From: Lingula anatina
Taxonomy: Eukaryota; Animalia; Brachiopoda
Assembly: GCA_051362555.1 (NCBI GenBank)
Contig: CM120643.1
Span: forward strand, 3,658,001-3,722,000
Direction of reading: 5' to 3'
DNA: 64,000 nucleotides
Within the stretch, counting starts at the first letter, position 1, and every line of letters begins with the position of its first letter. Made by a program: the position numbers and the translations under genes. The notes under the pieces were generated by a model. That model searched no databases. It was not told where the DNA came from and was given only the letters and a program-made list of their open reading frames with translations. Shown here piece after piece: positions 36,801-48,402 of this stretch.

Positions 36801-38545
36801 CCGTCACGTTTTCTTATTAAAACTGGTGCTGATGCCCACTCTGACGTAGACTCTTGGATGACCCCAGCTTTTAACATTTTTGTTAATAATGCCTCCTCTT
36901 CTTGAATAAAACACGCGGGAGTTCGCCGCATACGCGTTTTAAGAGGTTTGGCATTCCCGGTATCGATACCATGCTCGATGGCACTAAACCGACCAAGGTC
37001 ATACTCGTCTCTAGCAAAAACATCCTGAAATTCAGATAGAACATTCTTTAATTTTTTACTCTGAATTTTGTTTAAATTCCTCTTTGATGTTTCATAAACC
37101 ACTTTTACATGGTCAGGAATTTCTGATGATTTGCTAGCGACGCGTCCAGAAGAATCTAGTCCGGCGTGAACGTCACCAGCGATTTGTTGAAAATTCCGCA
37201 CCTGAGGTGACCCCTTTACAGGTGACTTGAAAATTTCGGTGTTAATTTTTTCTTCAACGAACCCCTTTCCGGCAGATGGGGCACTTACAGGGCCCTGAGT
37301 ACTTCCACCCACCTTCAGAAGTTGTTTACTTTTTGTGTCATTTTTAAATCGGGCACTTGTTTTAGGGATATTCTCAAAATTAGGGGAATTAACACCAGAA
37401 ACCCCAGTAGAATTTAATCCCACAAGCTTTGTCATATTTGGGTGCACACCTGTTCTAGGGATTTTACTAGTTCTAGGAGTGTAAATTGAATGCTCCACTG
37501 GTAAATTGAATCCCACAAGTGTGTTTGTAGAATCCCTACCGGTTCTAGGGACGGCTGATTTTACACGAGTAATTTCAGGTAATCCCACCAGTAGATCGGT
37601 AGTCATTGTCTCATCAGTGGTACTGACAACACGAGCGCTGGATTGGTCAATTTTAGTAGACCCCCCTCCCACTCGATGTAAACCGAAGTGCGAAACAGGG
37701 TTTTCTAAAATTTCCGAAACTTCGCAAGCCGTAGCGACCACATGACCCCTTTTTAATTTTTTAAATTGATCTGATGGATTTAAGAGGCACACGACTGGTT
37801 TTGATTTTTCGGACAAGACAGTTCTCGGTATTAGTAGTCCCTCTTCTTCTTTACCCTCGACGACGTATTTTTCTAACTTTTCGTCGATCTCGCACGTTAT
37901 TCTTAGTGCTGAATTTGGGGGTACTACTACATTTCGTGAAACGCTAACCCGAGCTATTTTAATGTCTTGTGCACGCGACTCCGTTTGCTGCATAGGTATG
38001 TCGCGCCCTTCTATTTGGATGTAACCCAAATTACAATGCACGCTTGCATTAAACTGGGCAATTAGATCGTGGCCTAACAAAAAATCGTCATGTATCGGCG
38101 CTACCAGAACAGATTCCTTGATTTCGAAACGATCTAGTTCGATGGAAATTGGCTCACAAACACGAGTTTCGATTTGTATATCCCCTGCCGCAAGAGTAAG
38201 ACTGTAATATTTCTTGAGCGATGGTTTATTTTTTATTTGCTCGAATATTTTTTCAGCCATGACAGAAACTTGCGCACCGGTGTCAACTTTGGCCATTACA
38301 TGTACACCCGCCACTACCAAAGGAACGAATGAAGATCGAAAAACCCCAAGTTCATCAATTACAGGATTTTGACCACATTCTAACTCGGAATGATGAGGAC
38401 GATGCAATGTTTCCATTACGGGGATAGTATTGTCAACGGTTCGTGTTTGAGACAATGAAGTCGCGATGGTTTCACCCGTTTTGTGACCGGTTTCAGTCGG
38501 GTTTCCAAGGTTACGGTCATTTCCCTTGGACCCTTCTAGTTTAAA
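33797..38545 (-). CDS. pol: Pol: aspartic protease, RT, RNase H, integrase, C-terminal PHD finger
   Basis: KVDTGA; APVLIRKRDGSVRWCIDYRALN, FLDD; LDTDAS, KELLAI, RTDH, NADSLSR; HHCC plus D-D-E (HIDF, FSDQG, QVERFN), WKGP; YCICREPY...CDYCHEWYHGSC...CVKC. Frame stays open back to the slippery site. Confidence 0.95.
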   Translation of the reverse strand, partial: FKLEGSKGNDRNLGNPTETGHKTGETIATSLSQTRTVDNTIPVMETLHRPHHSELECGQNPVIDELGVFRSSFVPLVVAGVHVMAKVDTGAQVSVMAEKIFEQIKNKPSLKKYYSLTLAAGDIQIETRVCEPISIELDRFEIKESVLVAPIHDDFLLGHDLIAQFNASVHCNLGYIQIEGRDIPMQQTESRAQDIKIARVSVSRNVVVPPNSALRITCEIDEKLEKYVVEGKEEEGLLIPRTVLSEKSKPVVCLLNPSDQFKKLKRGHVVATACEVSEILENPVSHFGLHRVGGGSTKIDQSSARVVSTTDETMTTDLLVGLPEITRVKSAVPRTGRDSTNTLVGFNLPVEHSIYTPRTSKIPRTGVHPNMTKLVGLNSTGVSGVNSPNFENIPKTSARFKNDTKSKQLLKVGGSTQGPVSAPSAGKGFVEEKINTEIFKSPVKGSPQVRNFQQIAGDVHAGLDSSGRVASKSSEIPDHVKVVYETSKRNLNKIQSKKLKNVLSEFQDVFARDEYDLGRFSAIEHGIDTGNAKPLKTRMRRTPACFIQEEEALLTKMLKAGVIQESTSEWASAPVLIRKRDGSVRWCIDYRALNNVTVKDTYPLPLMEDCKDTLSGNIWFSKLDANSAYWQVKIKPEDRHKTAFITKYGLFEHVRMGFGLTNAPATFSRVVNLLMKGLTWKTVLAFLDDILVMGKSFENHLENLKEALGRFRQFGIKLKPKKCVLFQKEVEFLGRIVSNNTMKMSPKDIEVVTSWPQPTCSKDVERFLGLANYHRTFIKNFAEISHPLSKIKGKHAFEWGPDQAQSFEALKTALTTPPVLSLPNANDPFILDTDASNHSIGAELIQVQNGEEKVIAYGSYALTPEQKNYCTTRKELLAIVRFTRQFRYYLLGRIFTVRTDHSSLTWLLRFKEPQGQLARWIEELSQFNMIVQHRAGAKHSNADSLSRIPDNLAPCNEYIAGIKPENLPCGGCSYCVRAHENWGSFFGDVDEAVNLTEKKKLSSKFTGKSTKSQRDLTSSLNTVNLGRETGPEHLFYCLLDKIVALSTDVALQPEESHVEINACGPEARSNPNPDIPQCWGFSMEKLKTEQAKDPELNILREWLCNGNTPDQGALFRSSPISKTYWLNKELFKLHHGVIFKTEEESKDLKLVIPESLKNSVFKLHHDIPSAGHQGVARTKTKIKEKFYWPHMSKEIANYVLSCDICNKNKKKGCYGRVPLTEYVAGAPMERVHIDFLGPLPKTAKGNEHCLVMVDQFTKWVECVPLPSQTAEVTAKAAIDCFFSRFGYPYQLFSDQGRNFESQLFGDLCRALHIHKSRTTPYRPSANGQVERFNRTLMDAVRCFLGKNQGEWDKYVQQIAGALRASVNRSTGYTPNMLMLGREVSTPAQIMFPNLKSKETDYGEYISKLVQKMKLAHITARANLKTTSKRMKRDYDLKILLRPYAEKDLVYVLDTATTKGKSRKLCSPWKGPAIIVKKLSGYLYRVKLKNAIFVINHDRLMPCRDRNVPSWITEYLASDEQFQHSSNSEEEDLTPYCICREPYQGRFMIQCDYCHEWYHGSCVNVTSTEAINIDKYKCVKCQI
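38505..38545 (-). promoter_or_regulatory. -1 programmed ribosomal frameshift signal
   Basis: T TTA AAC heptamer (38545-38539) directly before the gag TAG; the -1 frame is pol. Downstream GGTC/GACC and CAAGG/CCTTG can form an H-type pseudoknot. Confidence 0.75.
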
Positions 38546-40616
38546 TGAGTTGGATTCGTTATATCAGCCCGTGCTTGTTGTTTTTCAGCATTTTTTCTTT
38601 GTAAGAATTTTTTATATTTTAGGCAATTTCGTTTAAAATGGCCCTTTCCTTTACAGAAAAAACACACAGGTGTTGTTTTAGGTGTGAATTTCCGGACCAA
38701 GCGTTCAACCATAGATTCCAACTCTGCCATTGAATTAAACTGAATTGTATTCAATTTAGGTGACTGGCTAACGCGTTTTTCCACGATGGATTCAACAAGT
38801 TATATTTTAGGCAATTTCGTTTAAAATGGCCCTTTCCTTTACAGAAAAAACACACAGGTGTTGTTTTAGGTGTGAATTTCCGGACCAAGCGTTCAACCAT
38901 AGATTCCAACTCTGCCATTGAATTAAACTGAATTGTATTCAATTTAGGTGACTGGCTAACGCGTTTTTCCACGATGGATTCAACAAGTTGTTCTACATTT
39001 TCAGTTGGAAATTGCTGATTTTCATCAGCTGTTAGATTTAGAGAACTAATTTGTAATTCATCACGATTTTTTCGTGTTGGTTTTTGAATATGTGATGATT
39101 TGTAGACTTGCTGATAATCCACCATGTAGGTCATTGCCTCGCTGATGCTTGCTGGATGTTTTAAACGAGTGTAACGCCCGGCATCCTGATCAATGCAGCC
39201 CTGACAAAATTTAGATATTGTTTCTTTTGTTCTAAAGGATTCTGATTCATCAGGATAAGCATCTTTGGCCAATAACAAAACACGGCACAGCCATTTATTC
39301 AAGGTTTCGTTGGGAGATTGAACTGCTGTGTGAAATGCCAAACGAGCTGAATCGGGATGTTTTTTAATTCCGAATACTGAATCCATTTCACTCATTAAGG
39401 CTGAATACGTCATGTTTTTATTTGCTCTGAGATTGGTGTTATACAAAGCCAAAGCCTCGCCTTCCAGACTCCATAAAAGGTAATCTAGACACTCATTTTC
39501 CGACCACTCTTTCACTTGGCGATAACTGTCAAATCTGTTTTTAAAAGACTCCCAGTTTTCACAATTTCCGTCAAAAGACAATTTTTTGGGTAAATCACTG
39601 GGGTCCCCTCTGTCCTTTTTAGGTTTAGGACGTACTGGTTTTGGTACTGTAAAATATTCATTTTCACTTTCATCGCTTTCGGGAAGAAGTGGTTCGTCGC
39701 GGAAAACGGGAGACGAAATTCTATGGCGCGTATGATGTTTTTCTATTGAACTCGGCCGGTAATCATGTTTACGTTCGACTGTATCAGCAACATTATGCTC
39801 AACGTTAAGTTGCCGCCGTCCGGGCGTAGGAACATGAATCTGTGGCAGATCATAATTCGAAACAACCCGATGGACAGACGGAGCTGGTCGCCGACTACTT
39901 TCCCTACCAGTCGGTAAAGAAGTAACAGTCTCGGAATTTATGACACGGCCTGGAGGCTTTATATGCGCGGAAGAAGTTATATGATCTTTGTTATCGACAC
40001 GCAGCCTCTCAATAGGCAGAGCAAAAAGATCGTATTCAGGGTCTAAAGTGGCTGGCTGCGAAGTGAAAGTTCTGGGGTCCAAAGCTGAGTGAGAACGTAA
40101 TTTTGTTTTTGGTTTGATAAATTGCTGCTCAGTTGTTGATTTTGAACGAGCTTTTAATTTTAAATATGTTGGTGGAGAATAAGTTGCAGCTTTTTGAATG
40201 TTTTTACTGCGTGAAATTTTTTCTTGTTGATTAATTTCCTCACCCACTTTGAGAATTCTTTCAAATTCTGCCCTATAGCTTTCAGCAGCCGCTCTTCCTT
40301 CATTATGAATGTAGGAAGTCACTTTAGAAGTTTTGGGTTTTTGACTTTTTTCAGTGGATAATGTGCTAGTATCGAGGTCACCCACGTCGACTTCAGATCC
40401 GAATTCACTTCTGTGAGTACTGCCAAAAGAGAGATTTTCAATTACATTTGATCCAAGATTGGATCCACAAATCTCCAAAATGTTGGATCTGGTCACGGGG
40501 ATCCCATGTTCTCTAGCATATATTATCCTTTCTGCACGTTTAGGACCTATACCTGGCAGCGTAACGAGCTCATCGTAAGTAGCATGATTGACTGGCAACC
40601 TTGATGCACTCGCCAT
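38536..40616 (-). CDS. gag: Gag (HhH - capsid - CCHC), disrupted near the C-terminus by a 188-bp tandem duplication
   Basis: VNHATYDELVTLPGIGPKRAERII, CFFCKGKGHFKRNC present twice. Ancestral end ...THLN* at 38536, current stop at 38751. Confidence 0.88.
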
Positions 40617-40690
40617 TGTACATTTGAAAGCGAAAACTAAATTGATTCAAAATAATTTCACTTATCAAAGCACAATACACTACCAAGCTT

Positions 40691-43099
40691 ACCTACTGCA
40701 GCAAAATCAACGTAGGGGCGTAGAGTGGGAGTCTGATCCTAGTATAGATCAAAATCCTGGGCCTTCAGGCAATTTTTCGTCCATTAAGTGGTCTCGGGTG
40801 TAGATCAGTGGAAAAGTGGACGTGGGCGCGCAGATTTCTGTAATGTCAGGGAGAGTGCATTGCGCGTATTTAATGTTAGCCACCAGTTTTTAGTTATATT
40901 GACCTACTATCTCTTGCTGCAGGGAATCGGAAATTTAGAAATACAGGTTTGCGACAAAATTTTGTGGTGAGATTAACTCTTGTACATGTAGCACCAATGA
41001 AAGTTGAAAATTGAATGCATATGTTCAGTACAACCTAAGTTTTCTGCAAATTGACGGAAAAGATATAGCGGGACGAAGGATTCACAGATCAAAGGAATAA
41101 TAATAGCACTAGTACATATAGCGAAATGAAAAGAACAGTGGTATTCCCAAAATCGGAACATGATTCCATGCGAAATCTATAAACAGACTGAAAGGTAGTC
41201 TGGAAAGAAAAAGAGTAAATTGGGGTCACTGATTCAGAGAATGGTGCTGTCCAAAAATTCCGATCAATAAAGAAAACTTCATACGATAAAGTCATGTGGT
41301 AGCTACAGTAGCAAATGACATTTTGGAAACATCTAAATTTGATTGGTATTAACTTAGGGGGTGGATTGTAAAGTTAAAAAAAAAATAATAATAATAAAAA
41401 GCTGTGCCTGCATTATCAGTTACAAAGCTGATGAGACAACATGTACCGATGTATATCGAATCTTAAAATACGCTTGTGGGATAAAACATACTAGTGGAGG
41501 TTTTCATTCACCCTCCTATAACTGGTAACATCCCTATAACAAGTGTACACCCGAACCAAGACCTAACTTGTGGGATTAAATTCTGCAGGGGTTTCAAGTG
41601 TTAATTCCCCTTATTTCGAGAATATCCCTAGAACAAGTAACCGATTGAAAAGGACTAAATGTCACAGACTCTGAAGGTGGGTGGAAGCACTAAGGGCCCT
41701 TCAAGTGCCCCATTCACTGGAAGACGTTTGTAAAACTAAAAATTAACACAAAACTACCGGTAGTATAACATCTTTCAAGACTCCAAACATCGGGAGTCCA
41801 AATTTAAATAAAACCGCTGGTGAAGTTCACAATGGGCTAGACTCTTCGGGTTGCGTGTCTCTAGTAAAACAGGTTATCCCTGGACATCTGGAAGTGATGT
41901 TTACAGTATCTAAAGGGAATAGTGTAGAATCAAATTTAGAAGGGGTGTTTTCTAAATTGAAATATGTTTTTACTAGAGACAATTTTGATCTTGGTCGGTC
42001 TTAAGTCACTCAACGTGGAAATGAAGCCGGGAATGCCGAATCCCTTAAATCGCTTATGCGGTGGATGCTTGCGTGTGTCATGCAGAAAGCATAGGGGGCA
42101 TTGTTAACGGAATGTTAACAACCGGATTCATACAAGGCTGACAAGAGTCAGTCTGTGTGGACATTAGCACCGGTGTTGAATAAGTAAACGTGACGTCACG
42201 GTGAAAAATTTCCAATAGGGAAAATTAAAAATATTGCTAGCAATTTCCTTAAAGAATTAGACTATCACTTTGTGATGTAGTTTATTTTTGTGTTTAAGAA
42301 AAATGGCTACAGTCTATTAAGATCAATTAATGGACTATAACTGTTATGTAGCTTATTTCTGTGTTAATTAACACATGACTACAGTCCATATGACTATCAC
42401 TCTGTGATGTAGTTTATTTTGTGTTAATAAATCGCTACAGTCTATTGTGATCAATGGACTATAACTGTTATGTAGCTTATTTTTGTGTAAACACGTGACT
42501 ACAGTCTAATTTGATGAAATTTTGAAAAACCGGGATCTTATTTTTGCATTCCATTTTTCTTTTTATTTATTTATGAGAATTTTTGGAACGGACTATCACT
42601 ATATTTTTGGTGATGTGACTGACTGGTGAATGAACAGCCTATCACAGTCTGTTCTACTGTTTATTTATTTTTTGTATTTTTTTTTCGGCGGACTATCACC
42701 TCAGTGATGTTGTTAGCACTAACAGCTAATGACAGTCTGTACGAATATTTCAACTGGAATCCACTTTATTTTATTTATCGAAAGGAATTTTGAGTTTGTA
42801 CATGGACAAACATGTATTTATAAGTAGCTCCTTTCAAATAAAAGTGGGGGGAATGTTGTGTTCGTGCATTTTCCTACCTTCACCCGGTGTGCTCTCCCTG
42901 CGCGGAGAGCGCGCAATTACGGTAAGACTGCGCACACCAGGTGGAGAGCCCAACTTCCCTGCCTGATCCCGGTGAGTACAACTCAACCACAGCTACCGTG
43001 CAGACGTGTACGGTATAGACGACAAAAATAATCAGAATTGAGACACAATACACAGTGATCTACAATCTCATTCCGTAAGTAGAACCAGTGAATACTTTA
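40691..43099 (+). repeat. Direct duplicate of 28967-31325 (pol remnant, 3WJ array, PPT) ending in a complete 246-bp LTR (42854-43099)
   Basis: Offset 11712 bp; identical by eye except a 12-bp deletion at the left junction. LTR runs TGTTG...CTTTA. Confidence 0.9.
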
Positions 43100-44686
43100 A
43101 AGCTGAAAAGGACCTTGACGGAGTTCTACGGTATATATATGCAGTCGTTAGTCTTAAATGTTTGAGGGATTCGCCAAGATATCAAAACACTCATCTTCTA
43201 CAAGATGACAGGATATCATCAGCCCTGCTAACCATCATGAATAAAGGTTTGATGGAGGGAAGTGTTCCACGTCTGTTAATCGGATTGTTGGTAGTTGGGG
43301 TTTTAATTCAGCCATCTCCAGAAATCCTTCAGTTTTATAAGGAACTGGAGAGACACATGTCACAGGTATGGTCCGAATGGCATGTTGAGTCTAGGATAGA
43401 GGCCAGATACGGATGGTTACATCTGTCTTTACTACACAAGCAGAAATACTTCGAAGAGCAGATAAGGATTTTCTTGAAGCACTTGATGAGTGAGGCAGAG
43501 CTAGAGAGGAAAGAACTTGGAGGCAAAGAAACTCACTGGCTTGTTAGTGTTCTACACTCTGCAACATACTATTCTTGTGAACTGGGAGGAAAATGGGTGG
43601 ATGAAAATGATGTAAGACATTTTTTACAGGAGCTGAAATTCAACAGTGAATTCTCTGAGCCGAGAGAAGTGTACAGGTATGTCCAACTCTGTCATAATGT
43701 TGAATATTTGGTGCCCTCTGACATTTTATGGAAGGGGTTGGAGATTCTGCTTCGTGATGGAACTGAAGAATACAAGAGGCGTGCATTTCTGTGCATTAAG
43801 TGGATGTTGGGCTTAGCCCAAAAGCAGAAGTTGAATAAAGGTTTCATGGATGTACAATATGTTACAGAACTTGCTGAGATATTTAAGAAGCATGCATCTT
43901 TGTTGCCATTGAGAGAGCAAATTGGTATCACATGGCAATTTGGTGTAAATTATTATTCTGATCATGAAATGCTGTTGAAAGTTGCTGAGAACTTTGTGGC
44001 TAATGCACAAGATATCGATGGGGAGGATGGTTATAGATTAGTTCATGCTTACCTACGAATGGATTGCAATACAAATATTGCTTTTTTAAAAAAAGTGGTT
44101 GATTTAGTGCAAAACCAAAGGAGAAATGTCCCTCCTTTCAAATTGCTTTCCATTACTTGTGATTTGATGCGCTGTCATGGCTATTATGAAGTCTTCAGTG
44201 GAATACTTGATAGTTGTTTCCAGTCTGGTCTGATGAAAGAGGAATCATTAAATGTTATGAAGCCAAGAGGGTGTATAAAGATTGTGGAGTTGTGTGGAAG
44301 GTTAGAAATAGAGCAAATTGACAAGTATGTTAAGAAGATTCCACCAAGCCTTTACAAAGCAGATGGCATTCAATACTGTGCGGAAAAATTGAAAAATATA
44401 TGTCAGCATTCCTCAAAGAAGGCTGTTTTAGCAGCTGTACAGATGATTCTTGGTGGTCCCCACATGGCAAGAGTCACGCCAGTACTTTCCATATATCGTC
44501 CTATTGTGGAGTTCTGTTTGAATGACTTGAATGAGCCTGTAGACATGAAGCTGGTGCCCAGGGTCTTTGATGAAAATGGATTCCTCAAAATGGAAAACAT
44601 GTCTGCCTTGCCAGAAAGATGGAGAAGAATAGCAGTGTGGATTCTTCATGATGAAGATTTCTTTATCAACAAGCCAATGTTAACTG
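43100..44686 (+). CDS. FASTK/RAP-domain protein, 3' part of first coding exon
   Basis: Open from 43100 (AEKDLDGVLRY...). Leu-rich helical region, then RRIAVWILHDEDFFINKPMLTG (RAP start). Donor G|GTGAGT at 44687. Confidence 0.75.
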
Positions 44687-45407
44687 GTGAGTTAAAAATG
44701 TGGTTGTTGTATGTAGAGATAGCTTTAGTAAGCCCACCCTGCTGCCATGAGCAGCTTTGGGTTTTAACTAACACAAGCTTGACTTCTGTGTATTGAGCCT
44801 ATTTCTTCTAAATACTTGCTGGTTACCCACTGAGGGCCAGCTTATATAGCCATAACAACAATGGGGTACTGGGAATAACAATAGGGTACAAAGGACAACA
44901 ATGATGTATCAATAGAGAGTAATGTAGACAACTGACGCTTGTATAGTACACTTCTCATATTAATTCAACATATGTAAGTATCAAACTGTGCACCTGCCTT
45001 GTTGATTTCAATAAGCATTTTATCAGTAATACCTAAAGATGTTATTTGACTGTGGCTATGTACCCTTTTTTCTTTTTTTTTTTTTTCTTTTTTTTTTGGG
45101 GGGGGGGGATTTGAGTACTTTCTCTCTGTATGTACATGTCAAATAATAAGTACTAAACTCTTCCTCACTGAATCACAGCATGTAACTGTGGTATATATTT
45201 CCCAGGTAACAGTGTATTATCTCACACCTTAACAGAGGCCATCTAAATTTGAATGGGTTATATGTCTATGTGATAAAGTTTTGACATGAATAGGTTTTCT
45301 TTGTGTAAATATTAATATTTCAGTGCATTCAGGCACACATTTCCTCTTAGTAAGACATTGAAATATGTTTTACGTTAAACATTGATTTGGTTTTCTTTAT
45401 TCACCAG

Positions 45408-45549
45408 GTGTAGCAAAGGCTTACAAAAAATTCCTATATCAAGCAGGATACAGAGAGGTTCTAGAGGTGCCTTTTTTTATGGTGAAAGAGAAATCTGCAA
45501 GTTTGCACAAGTTTTTGAAGGAGGAATTGGAAAAAATCCCTCACATAAG
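45408..45549 (+). CDS. FASTK-family exon completing the RAP domain
   Basis: Acceptor caccag, phase-compatible; VAKAYKKFLYQAGYREVLEVPFF matches the RAP pattern (K.R.L...GY.V..VP(Y/F)); donor AG|GTAAGG. Confidence 0.75.
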
Positions 45550-46959
45550 GTAAGGAAGTAACACTATAATTTTTCTGAACAGAGTAATTCTTTAAAAATA
45601 TTGTGAAAGAGGTAGACGTAACACTTTGTGATATACTCTTATTGCTATTTGTACTTTTTCCTTGTTTGGGGGGGGGGGGGGTGCTGGTTGCTGCCTGTTT
45701 TGCACAAAGTAAATTTTTTTGGCATAACTAAGATAAGAATACAGAAATTGATAACTGACAATAAAAGTCATCTTTGTTTTGATATCTGGGCCTTAAAACT
45801 ATTTAACCATAATTGTTCTATAAATTGAGTTTACTTCATCATCACTGGGTGCCATCCACTCATAGCAGGTTGACTGTCATGGATCACCACATCTCTCAAA
45901 TACTTGAACTATACTTTTTTTTGACCTGTTTATTCTTTTATGTTGTCCATGTATGTTGATCTTGGTCTTCTTTTCAATGATTTCTTATTTACTAGTAGCT
46001 TTCTTTCCGGTAGCAATTGTTGCAAATGATCCTTTCAATTTCAAACCGGCCAAAATTTTGTAAAAATGGGAATTTTCTGAAAAAAAAATTGTGTGTGCCT
46101 TTTTTCAGAAACTACACAGACCTAAGCTGTCATATTATAATGAAGAGTTACTTTTACGGTCTTTTTTCATCTTCTTAAGTTTGAGGTCAATCGGTGCATT
46201 TCCATGGGAGAAGCAGCCATTTGGTGCCAAAACTGAAAACTCTCTTACACCAATTTTGGAACTTAAAATGCTGGAGACGTCTTGTTTATTGCATTTTGTA
46301 GAGCTTGTCAAGCCCAACACTGGAAGTGGTGTCAGTTTTTATGTACAGACACATTGACCTATTCTCTTCAAACTGATGAATATTTGTAAAATGCAGGTCG
46401 AATTAAAAAATCAGCATGATCTAACCATTTTTTTTCTGTACAGACAGATGTGTCTGTACATATAGCCATATGCACTTTCATTGTTATGAACCAGTAAACT
46501 AATATGAAAATTGTTTTACCTTTTATCATTTAGCACATAGAACTGATAAATATTCATAAAAACACAAGTGAAATGCGAAAATCAGCCTGACCAGATCATT
46601 CCAATTTTTTTATCCACCCTTATACAAATAAAATATATAAAACTCTTTTACTTTTTGTCTGAACTGATGAATATTCATAAAATACAGGTCAAGTTTGAAA
46701 ATCAGCCTTTTCAGACCATTTTTCAAAAAGTTATGCTGTTTTATTTTTGTTTTTTTGTTTTTTTGGAGGGAGGATATTTAATCCATGGTTATACAAATAA
46801 ACTGAAAACCATTTCACCTTTTGTCTTCAAACTTACAGAACTAATGAATACACGTAAAATACAGGTCAAGTTTAAAAATCAGTCTGATCAGACAATTTTT
46901 CCAAAATCTGTGCTGTTTTTGCTTTTTTTTTAGCATATTTTATCCACCTCGGATTTGAT

Positions 46960-47775
46960 TTTTATTAATAATAATTTATTAAGATTGCAACCCAGTGGGT
47001 TGAAGTTGTACATAGAATGTTTAAAAAAATTCATAATGATAATAAAATGAATATTTGCATGAATAAAACTGAGTTAAAAGACTGCTAACTGAACTTTAAA
47101 ATTATTGTACTTAGACTGCTAACTGAACTTTAAAATTATTGTACTTAGGATAAAAGACAGCATAATACTATTGGAAATTTAAAAGTGCATATGGAATAAA
47201 AGAGCATTGGAATCTGTCGGTCTTAAATTTTGGCACTTTGTATCTATTGTTAGATCTTAAAAGACGGTTGGAATGCTCAATTAAGATGTGATTCAATTTG
47301 TCAGAGGATTCAGTTATTTTGTAAAAGAAAGTTTTGCACAGATCTTCCCTTCGTTTTTCTAAAGTGCACATATTTGCTAGGTTCAGGGCTTCATCATAGT
47401 GTAGGTCAGGGAAAATAATTTTTAAAGCACGACTTTGGACAGTCTCTAAAAGTTTGCATTGCTCTATAGTTAGTCCTGGATGCCACACAGGGCAGGCATA
47501 TTCTAGAATTGAGCGCACAATACTTTGGTAAACTTGGATTAAGTCAGCAGGGCTGAGCTTAGCTCGCTTCAGTTGACGGAGGAAATAGAGTCTTGCACAT
47601 GCCTTTTTATATATATGACCCACATGAGTACCCCATTTTAGGTCATTGCTAATATGGATGCCCAGAAGTTTGAACTGTGTAACCTCACAGATTGGCGTGT
47701 CATTTATAACTATTGGTGGGAGGTCTGGTTTAGAACGCGTAAAATTTAGGGTCATGGTCTTGGTCTTAGGCATGA
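46960..47775 (-). mobile_element. 5'-truncated CR1-group LINE
   Basis: KLLGIHISNDLKW..H...KACARLYFLRQLKR...RSILEYACPVWHPGL; 3' hairpin ttcaaccc..gggttgc + AATAAA + (TTA) tail. Confidence 0.85.
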
Positions 47776-48402
47776 TAACGGTCTCATTATTGAACTAATT
47801 AGACAGTCATGTATATCCTGAGAATTAATTACAGCTTTGGAAGTAACTGGCTCGCGCCGCCAATAATTACGCCGCGGGATATTCAGGGCACAGGGACCGT
47901 GATTACAAAATACCGCGAATAGAAAATAGATTTTTAGAAAATAGACTTGTCATGTGAACGGGGCCTAAATCTTCAGGAGTTCACAAGTTTGAAAAAACAA
48001 CTTTTTGTCTGAACATAAATTCACTTTAAGGTGCATTTTTGGGGCTCATATGATTGAATGTTTTGGTAATATATTAATTTAATTAATTAATTAATTTAAA
48101 TTAATATGACTTCACATATTAATTGACAAAGTCCAAAGGTATGAATAGAAAAAAATATTGGTTTTGTGGACAGGTTGGATTGAAAATCGGACAGGTCAAA
48201 TTTATGAGCACCTGTCCAAAGGACAGGTGCTCATAAAAGTTAGTGTCTAGCCCTGATCAGTGATAATTATGTACTAATAATTATGCAGGTAAATGTTGCT
48301 TAATATTGCAAATAATTATACAAAAGAAAAAAATTATTTTGTGTAATGCTATCATTAATGCTATAGATGAATAAAATTATAAATTGTTAAAATTACAAGT
48401 TA

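Larger units (their letters stand above)
31376..40690 (-). mobile_element. Ty3/gypsy LTR retrotransposon, gag - pol(PR-RT-RH-IN-PHD) - TatD ORF3; 5' LTR absent here
   Basis: Three long ORFs in gypsy domain order, -1 frameshift signal, partial LTR downstream, leader remnant 40617-40690 matching 26965-27039. Confidence 0.92.

Noticed and set aside
26196-43099. DIRS/Ngaro-type split or inverted terminal repeats
   Set aside because: The element has a DDE integrase, protease, PBS and PPT and no tyrosine recombinase. The inverted LTR piece is explained by rearrangement.
44687-44796. C-terminal 36 aa of the 544-aa ORF
   Set aside because: Read-through into an intron; the RAP domain continues in exon 45408-45549.
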